Origin: a virus
Taxonomy: Duplodnaviria > Caudoviricetes
Reading direction: 5' to 3' (one strand)
Length of the DNA stretch: 64,000 nucleotides
Virus record (IMG/VR): IMGVR_UViG_3300029288_000010
Span: 4,847-68,846 of that record
The translations under genes and the position numbers were made by a program. Below the pieces are notes generated by a model. That model had not been told where the DNA came from and made no database searches. It worked only from the letters and a program-made list of their open reading frames with translations. This document shows positions 58,160 through 64,000 of the stretch, in pieces (positions within the stretch are counted from its first letter, which is position 1; each line of letters opens with the position of its first letter).

Positions 58160-58426
58160 ATGAAAGCAGAAGATTATGATACAAATAAATATGGGTGTGA
58201 AGAGTGCCCATTTCTAGAAACTGGGAGCATAACCAATTATGCAAGAAGTGCTAAACATATATCCATGAGATGCTCTATAATAAGAGACATTGAAAGAAAA
58301 AAGTCCGTGAAATCTAACCCCTTTGTTGGTGTAAAACCATCTAATTATACAATATACTATCTTGACAGCATAACAGATAAGGAATTACCAACCATACCAT
58401 CATTTAAAGATTGCCCAGGAGGATAG
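58160..58426 (+). CDS. Cys-containing hypothetical protein
   Basis: CEECP...C...CP. Confidence 0.6.
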   Translation: MKAEDYDTNKYGCEECPFLETGSITNYARSAKHISMRCSIIRDIERKKSVKSNPFVGVKPSNYTIYYLDSITDKELPTIPSFKDCPGG

Positions 58427-58430
58427 CATA

Positions 58431-58655
58431 ATGGAAGAATCAGAAGTAGGATATGAAATTCTAGACAAAAGTGACTTACTATACCAATATGGCTATACAT
58501 ATAATGAAATAGAGAACATCTTATTTAATAGGATGTTCCCAATTCCAGAAAAGCATAATAATGATGCATGGAATAAATCAGGTAAGGTTTCTAGTGATGC
58601 GCATAAGGTTCCACAATACAGGTCAAATGTGTTTCATGAAATAGGATTGTATTAA
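58431..58655 (+). CDS. Hypothetical protein, last gene of the + strand run
   Basis: GGAGG SD; its stop overlaps the convergent MTase stop (TTAA). Confidence 0.55.
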   Translation: MEESEVGYEILDKSDLLYQYGYTYNEIENILFNRMFPIPEKHNNDAWNKSGKVSSDAHKVPQYRSNVFHEIGLY

Positions 58656-59424
58656 CTAAAACTTATCCTTCCTTGCCTGTTATAATCCTCAATCCTTTTC
58701 ATACCTTTCTCATAGTAAGTGTGATCCTTTTCTATGACTATGTAGCGTCTATTTGTCGATAGACAAGCAATGACAGTTGTGAGGCTCCCCCGAAGGGGTC
58801 CAGAACCAGATCACCTTCGTTGGTATAAGTTTGAATCAGGTATTGGAATAATGCTATGGGCTTTTGAGTGGGGTGCAATCCGAATTCTTCGTCATTATTG
58901 TTGTTAAAATATTGAATACTACTTGGATATTTAAGTTCTGTATAAAAATTGGCTTCTCTTGTTAATGTTTTTAAATTTCCTAAATGATTAATTTCCGTAT
59001 TGCCATTTCTGATATAATTGTCTCTTTGAATTGAAGATAAAGACTTCTTTTGCATTATTGGAAAATAATTTATTGATTCCCCGAAAACCAATACATTCTC
59101 ATGTAATTTCATAGGTTGATATTTGATAGAAGCAAAATTGCTACCATGATTCTTTTCCCATATCCACTCATACTTAAACCACTTTCGATTCGAGCATATC
59201 AAATCCGTAGTGAACGGCTGTGAAGCTGTGAATACATAAGCACAATTCGGCTTGCCAATACGCTTTAGTTCTGTCCAAAGCTTATCGAGATCTGGAACTA
59301 TATCCCATGCACAAGCGGTTATTCCATAAGGCATATCTGTCAACACCAGTTCCACGCTCTTATCCTTGATCTGGGGGAAAATGTCAAGACAATCTGCATT
59401 TATTATGCTATTCGGCTCTATCAT
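58652..59424 (-). pseudogene. Beta-class N4/N6 DNA methyltransferase with a 1-nt frameshift in a G5 tract
   Basis: DCL..F, LTDMPYG, HPTQKP, VLDPFGG then loss of frame. Adding one G restores GSLTTVIACLSTNRRYIVIEKD and a stop at 58652. Confidence 0.85.
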
Positions 59425-59519
59425 TTATCCTCCTTTAACACCCATCTTACAGTTATCAATATCATAACTATAATAATTGACCATCCAGCAACTATTAAAG
59501 CCATTTGTAGAGTAATCAC
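59421..59519 (-). CDS. 32-aa single-TM peptide (not in track)
   Basis: GTGA and ATGA overlaps with both neighbours; hydrophobic core. Confidence 0.55.
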   Translation of the reverse strand: MITLQMALIVAGWSIIIVMILITVRWVLKEDK

Positions 59520-59914
59520 AATATATTCCCTTCCATACTATCTATTTCCTCTATTACAATATTCCCACTTATAGTAACAAGATTGCCAGAAATAAACAGA
59601 AGGTTTTTTTTGCATGGTAAGGGAATAAAGGAACAAGTATTAGAAAACCCATGGTAATATTTAATGCAATACCAAACTCTAATAACATCTTTCTCACTTG
59701 AACCATACAGTGTTATTTTATACTTTGCATCTTCTATCGTAAGTGCAATGCCAGCATCTATAATTTTATGTACCACAATACTACCGCCAACAAGCACCAC
59801 CAACACTAGTACTATTACTGTTGCAAGCTTTATTGTTTTCATAGATAACATCTTGTTGATGATATTACAATAATACTTGCTCCAAATGTCTCTGTAATAA
59901 ACAACCTTCTTCAC
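59516..59914 (-). CDS. Membrane-anchored hypothetical protein
   Basis: AAAGGAG SD before GTG 59914; one TM segment. Confidence 0.6.
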   Translation of the reverse strand: MKKVVYYRDIWSKYYCNIINKMLSMKTIKLATVIVLVLVVLVGGSIVVHKIIDAGIALTIEDAKYKITLYGSSEKDVIRVWYCIKYYHGFSNTCSFIPLPCKKNLLFISGNLVTISGNIVIEEIDSMEGNIL

Positions 59915-59928
59915 ACTACTACTCCTTT

Positions 59929-60054
59929 CTATACCATACCTATTAGTATTAGTATATTCAATATTAAATAAGCAGATAGCCATGCCATAATGGTCAGGGC
60001 TACAATCCCAATACCAAGCTTAACTTCATCTGGTATTTTATCAACTAAACTCAT
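59929..60054 (-). CDS. 41-aa membrane peptide (not in track)
   Basis: MSLVDKIPDEVKLGIGIVALTIMAWLSAYLILNILILIGMV; AAAGGA SD. Confidence 0.55.
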   Translation of the reverse strand: MSLVDKIPDEVKLGIGIVALTIMAWLSAYLILNILILIGMV

Positions 60055-60071
60055 AACTACATCCTTTCTTG

Positions 60072-60305
60072 TTATTGGAATTGTCCATTAACTCCTATTG
60101 GTTCGTATTTTATTTCATTATCGGAGGTGCAATCAATTCTGCACATATTACAAACCTCTACTCTTTGCCCAGCAAATTTCTTTCTAAGCTTTTCCTTCAT
60201 TGCATTGGCAACATCTTGCATAGCCAAAAGCCTATTAAGATATTGACAATATTTCATTAAATAGTTATCTTCATTTAGTATATATGCTTTTCCAATATCA
60301 TCCAT
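60072..60305 (-). CDS. Hypothetical protein (paralog of 54064..54324)
   Basis: F.GQRVEV...CRID motif. Confidence 0.7.
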   Translation of the reverse strand: MDDIGKAYILNEDNYLMKYCQYLNRLLAMQDVANAMKEKLRKKFAGQRVEVCNMCRIDCTSDNEIKYEPIGVNGQFQ

Positions 60306-60360
60306 TTTCTGTCATCACCTTAGTTGTTATTTCTTTCTTGTTAATGTTTCTCATATATAT

Positions 60361-60389
60361 AATATAGTATTCCAATAGCAATATTTCAA
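60361..60389 (-). promoter_or_regulatory. sigma70-type promoter for the minus-strand island
   Basis: TTGAAA(60389-84)-17 nt-TATATT(60366-61); ATG at 60354, 6 nt later. Confidence 0.65.
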
Positions 60390-60447
60390 GTACAACCAAA
60401 AATAAATTTTACCCTACTACCCTATTATAGCTACAGTAGGAATCCTA

Positions 60448-60467
60448 TACACTTAATAATAAGTGTA
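60448..60467. promoter_or_regulatory. Operator-like palindrome
   Basis: TACACTTA-ataa-TAAGTGTA perfect 8-bp inverted repeat. Confidence 0.45.
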
Positions 60468-60776
60468 GCACTTGTCAACCAACAGGCATTACTACTGCTA
60501 CAATATGTTTCCAGGGGTATGGGTGTAGGATGCAGTATATATCTTCTCTTATTATGGGTGCCAGAAATCCCTAGATCTGAAAAGTGCAAGCATTGGCACC
60601 TTGCTACAGGCAGAAGATGCTCCAAGAAGGCAAAATATGAGCCAAAAATGAAGGTATGGAAAAAAAATTAGTCCCAGGTATGAGGGAGATCAAGCTTATC
60701 CCTGGAAATGTTTCCAGAGCTTGCCCCACCTGTCGCCCTGATTCTATTGGCTTCCTACCAAGCACTCCTGCACACA

Positions 60777-60838
60777 CTTGATAATACTGGACTTGACAAA
60801 GCATACATTATAGATGCTTGATAATACTGGACTTGACA
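60777..60838. repeat. 22-bp exact direct repeat, two copies, 40-bp period
   Basis: CTTGATAATACTGGACTTGACA at 60777-98 and 60817-38. Confidence 0.9.
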
Positions 60839-61184
60839 GGTGCCCATGCCTTCCAGAGTCAATAGATTCAAGCATCTACAATGTATTATGATAATACTAA
60901 CATATAATCATGGGTAAATAAGTATAATTAAAGTAATAGTATATAATTGGAAATATAGAATGCTTTACTTCAAAACTCTCCGAATTTTGAAGTGATATTC
61001 TATATTATCTTAATATTCTATGGAATATAATATAGTAGGTGAATATAATAATAAGTGTATAATACTGCATGTGAATATCATATATTATAAGTGTATAAAC
61101 ATGGTATACTATAGGATAATAGCAATAAATGTATTATAATTGAATAGAATATAACTTATGGAATAGGATGACAATATTTGTCAG

Positions 61185-61273
61185 TGTCCTGAAACAGGAC
61201 AATATACCCTTGATTACCAGCACTTTACAGTATATGTCCTGAAATTGAACAGGGACTGTCCTGAAATTGAACA
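61185..61273. repeat. 17-bp direct repeats (22-bp period) plus a related palindrome
   Basis: TGTCCTGAAATTGAACA at 61235-51 and 61257-73; TGTCCTG-aaa-CAGGACA at 61185-61201. Confidence 0.88.
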
Positions 61274-61407
61274 TATATTTATAGAATGCATTAAAACATA
61301 ACCTGAATATAACATTATATTTCATCATGTTTTCTATTTGTATATTATATATTTGTTTATATTGAATTCGTTATTACTTGGCACGCTTTATGCATATATA
61401 TTTATAT

Positions 61408-61662
61408 ATGAATTTCAATATATTAAATAAATCAAATAAAACAATGGAGAAAAAAACAATGGATAAAAAAACAACTGTCGCAGTCGTCATTAAAAGGAAT
61501 ATTCCAATTTGCAAAAAGACTTTACGTTACATTTTAAACTTTAATCATAAGGGAGAGTATTATCTTTTATGTAAAGACTGTAAACTTATATTCCAAAAAG
61601 GATGCTACTTAGGAATGAAAAGGGAGAAAAAACAATGGAACGAATCGAAGATTATGGTATAA
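61408..61662 (+). CDS. Hypothetical basic protein
   Basis: ORF 61378..61662; possible leaderless ATG at 61408 after TATATT. Confidence 0.45.
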   Translation: MNFNILNKSNKTMEKKTMDKKTTVAVVIKRNIPICKKTLRYILNFNHKGEYYLLCKDCKLIFQKGCYLGMKREKKQWNESKIMV

Positions 61663-61733
61663 CAGTTATTGTAGGACTGTCTATGTCATTCTTTATCATA
61701 GGAATATTAAATTTAATAATAGAGTCAAAATAG
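61635..61733 (+). CDS. 32-aa single-TM peptide (not in track)
   Basis: GGGAG SD; MERIEDYGITVIVGLSMSFFIIGILNLIIESK. Confidence 0.5.
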   Translation: MERIEDYGITVIVGLSMSFFIIGILNLIIESK

Positions 61734-61745
61734 GAGAATAGAAAA

Positions 61746-62132
61746 ATGGCGAAATTGACAAAAAAACAATTTGAACAGATCAACCGGAAAATATGTAACG
61801 AAATATATATGCGTTCCAATATAGGAAGTTTCAACCGTGGATTTAATCTTGACAATATATCAGAAGTAATTGAAAAAGTATTATCAGTGCTAAGCCAATA
61901 TAACTTAAGGCTAGCAGATAATACATACTGCTATAAATTGACACAAATGAATCTGTCGAAAGTATTATCATCCAATGGGAATAGATTCGCATTGGATGAT
62001 GTGGACTGCGTAGACTTGTGTAATAATCAGGGCGAAGTCATTTCGAATTACGACTTTGGCTTGTGGATGCAAAATTTTAATGGCAAAATTGCTATAAACT
62101 GCGGCTTGTGGCCGTATAGGAGTGTAAAATGA
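61746..62132 (+). CDS. Hypothetical protein
   Basis: AGGAG SD, 128 aa. Confidence 0.65.
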   Translation: MAKLTKKQFEQINRKICNEIYMRSNIGSFNRGFNLDNISEVIEKVLSVLSQYNLRLADNTYCYKLTQMNLSKVLSSNGNRFALDDVDCVDLCNNQGEVISNYDFGLWMQNFNGKIAINCGLWPYRSVK

Positions 62133-63601
62133 ATTTATTGCTATCGAATAAGAAGTCATATTGTGCAGGATGTATCACGTCAAACCTATATAATCCACTA
62201 TTTCCTATTCAATATAAGAATAGGGAATATTTAATGTGCGAAGAATGCATAGACTTGTGTCAGTCGAACGCATACAATATATGTAACGACTGCGGCAGTT
62301 TATTCACGGAATACCACGATCAGGATGAATTTTGCGAAGAATGCTTTAATGACCATTATGGAGAATGCACTTATTGCTCGAATATAGTGGACTTAGATGA
62401 CTGCTGCAATTACGATAATGGGACGCTTTGTGAACATTGTTTTGAGAACTATTATTTCCGATGCTACGATTGTGAAGATATACGTCTGAATCAATACGGA
62501 AATGATGTCAATGGCGAAATAATTTGCGATGACTGCATTACGAATTATTCGTGTTGCGAACGCTGTAATAGTTATCATAGCTCATCTGATATTATGTATT
62601 GCGAACATTGCGAAAATTATCTTTGTGAGGATTGCTATACGGATCACGGATGTAACAATTATGTTCACGATTACTGTCATAAACCGAATCCGATATTTCG
62701 ACACTATGACATTAAAACAAAAAGTATAGTTACCGGTAATTATAATCCCAAAGTATTATATATGGGATTTGAGTTGGAAGTTTGTTTTGATAGTTCGAGT
62801 AAAATGAATTCTGCATCTGAATCTATATTTGAATTATCAAACAGTGAAAGTTTATTCTATTTAAAGGACGACTCATCACTGTCGCCTTATGGCTTTGAAA
62901 TAGTTTCACATCCTATGGATTTAAAATGTTTAATTACTGGATTTCCTTGGAGAAATATTATTTCAATTTTGAGAAGAAATGGCGGAACGAGTTATGATAG
63001 TAAACTTTGCGGATTTCACATTCACACTTCAAATAAATATTTCGGCAAAACTGACTATGATATCAATAACATGAAAATCAAGATTGTAAATTTTGTCGAA
63101 AAGAATTGGACCGAAATGGCGAAGATTGCGAAAAGATGCAAATTACTGGAATGTATTGAAAACGGGCAAGCGAAGACTGCGGACGGTTATTGTCATTTTC
63201 AAACCAACACGAGATGCGGCTTCCGTTATTGTCAAGCAAAAAATATAAATATAAGTAAAGTGATTAAAAACCTCAATTACAATAAAGTTTTATCGTATTA
63301 TCCAAGGGTGACTGATTTAAAAAATACCCATCGAAACGTATCTTATGAATACGGCAGAATACGGAATGCAGCAATCAATTTGCAACCGCATGATACCACT
63401 GAATTCAGATTATATCGAGGAACATTAAAACTCCAAAGTATAGTTAAATATTTAACTCTGACAAATGCTATTATTGATTATGTCAAGCAATACGACTCTA
63501 TAGTCAAAACTTCGACATTCGAGGAGTTTATTCAAAAAAGCAGCTATACCAAAAACTTTAAAAAATATTTAAAACTTTTACAAATAGGAGAAGGCGAATA
63601 A
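62129..63601 (+). CDS. Second amidoligase with N-terminal CxxC zinc-finger array
   Basis: LYMGFELEV, KDDSSL, GFEIVSHP, CGFHIH, RNAAINL, TTEFRLYRGTL. Confidence 0.87.
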   Translation: MNLLLSNKKSYCAGCITSNLYNPLFPIQYKNREYLMCEECIDLCQSNAYNICNDCGSLFTEYHDQDEFCEECFNDHYGECTYCSNIVDLDDCCNYDNGTLCEHCFENYYFRCYDCEDIRLNQYGNDVNGEIICDDCITNYSCCERCNSYHSSSDIMYCEHCENYLCEDCYTDHGCNNYVHDYCHKPNPIFRHYDIKTKSIVTGNYNPKVLYMGFELEVCFDSSSKMNSASESIFELSNSESLFYLKDDSSLSPYGFEIVSHPMDLKCLITGFPWRNIISILRRNGGTSYDSKLCGFHIHTSNKYFGKTDYDINNMKIKIVNFVEKNWTEMAKIAKRCKLLECIENGQAKTADGYCHFQTNTRCGFRYCQAKNINISKVIKNLNYNKVLSYYPRVTDLKNTHRNVSYEYGRIRNAAINLQPHDTTEFRLYRGTLKLQSIVKYLTLTNAIIDYVKQYDSIVKTSTFEEFIQKSSYTKNFKKYLKLLQIGEGE

Positions 63602-64000
63602 TGTGTATTATAATATATAAAAATTCAAAAAATAAACCGCCAAGTGATAACGAATTATCACTTGCTGAATACTATAACCCGGATGGAATTGGAATTGCCT
63701 ATATTGATAATAATACCATTAAAATAATTAAAGGTTTAAAATTGGATAACTTGATAAACCTGAATGATAATTTATTATATGACAAAACTGTAATCTATCA
63801 TTTCAGATATTCCACTAGCGGGAGTACTAAGGCGGGACTGTGTCATCCTTTTCCATTGTCAAGTGATTTGTCAAAACTTTGCGAAATAGAATTATCATGT
63901 GATACCGTCGTCGCTCATAATGGACACTTCCTTGATTATGCCGGATCAAAACAATATTCAGATACGCAGATATTTATTAGTAAAGTTTTGTCAAAATTCA
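63601..64000 (+). CDS. Second class II glutamine amidotransferase (truncated by window end, not in track)
   Basis: TAATG overlap; MCIIIYKNSK..NPDGIGIAY..HFRYSTSG..CHPFPLS..AHNGH..YSDTQIF. Confidence 0.88.
   Translation, partial: MCIIIYKNSKNKPPSDNELSLAEYYNPDGIGIAYIDNNTIKIIKGLKLDNLINLNDNLLYDKTVIYHFRYSTSGSTKAGLCHPFPLSSDLSKLCEIELSCDTVVAHNGHFLDYAGSKQYSDTQIFISKVLSKF

Noticed and set aside
60777-61273. Mini CRISPR array
   Set aside because: Only two copies of each repeat, spacers of 18 and 5 nt, and no cas genes
61134-61328. Minus ORF starting MMKYNVIF like the MT-A70 gene (21 of 24 nt match)
   Set aside because: A short AT-rich match is expected by chance in 64 kb. Similarity stops at once and the ORF crosses the repeat region.
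1-64000. Direct terminal repeat or circular overlap between the window ends
   Set aside because: Both ends encode amidoligase-GATase, but the proteins are clearly diverged and the DNA differs in CpG content. They are paralogs, not a repeat.
1-64000. Stop-codon reassignment
   Set aside because: Conserved genes (terL, portal, dnaB, thyX, TMP) are full length in the standard code, and all three stops are used at gene ends
1-64000. tRNA genes, integrase/att sites, IS elements
   Set aside because: No T-loop/cloverleaf pattern, no tyrosine/serine recombinase or transposase motif, and no host-like flanking genes were found by eye

Overview
The window is almost entirely one AT-rich (roughly 30% GC by eye) tailed dsDNA bacteriophage genome with siphovirus-like gene order. 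It has bacterial SD sites, sigma70-type promoters, SSB and DnaB. I see no integrase, tRNA, CRISPR array, reverse transcriptase, DNA polymerase, primase or recognisable endolysin. Gene order on the + strand: (1) amidoligase + class II glutamine amidotransferase cassette; (2) recombination module (RecA/UvsX, Rad52-like annealase, Mre11, RNA ligase, Rad50, RuvC-like); (3) MTase, sigma-like factor, terminase; (4) portal, XkdF-like protease, scaffold, capsid, adaptor, stopper; (5) a glycosyltransferase/methyltransferase/sulfotransferase cluster plus GroES inserted inside the head-tail module, followed by signal-peptide proteins including a 1129-aa Thr/Pro-rich protein; (6) tail genes and tape measure; (7) UvsW-like helicase, putative initiator, DnaB; (8) nucleotide/DNA-modification cluster (TSCPD, MT-A70, radical-SAM-like, YkgJ-like, N4/N6 MTase, ThyX). 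A short minus-strand island with a frameshifted MTase follows. After it come a ~1 kb repeat-rich non-coding region and a CpG-rich segment carrying a second, diverged amidoligase-GATase cassette that runs off the window end. Strongest leads: a probable virion or cell-surface glycan assembly, methylation and sulfation pathway; duplicated Zn-finger amidoligase/GATase cassettes; a sharp CpG-depletion boundary; a radical-SAM/MTase cluster; a G5-tract frameshifted MTase; and a recurring promoter-plus-leaderless-mini-ORF design. All product calls come from motif recognition by eye, with no database searches.
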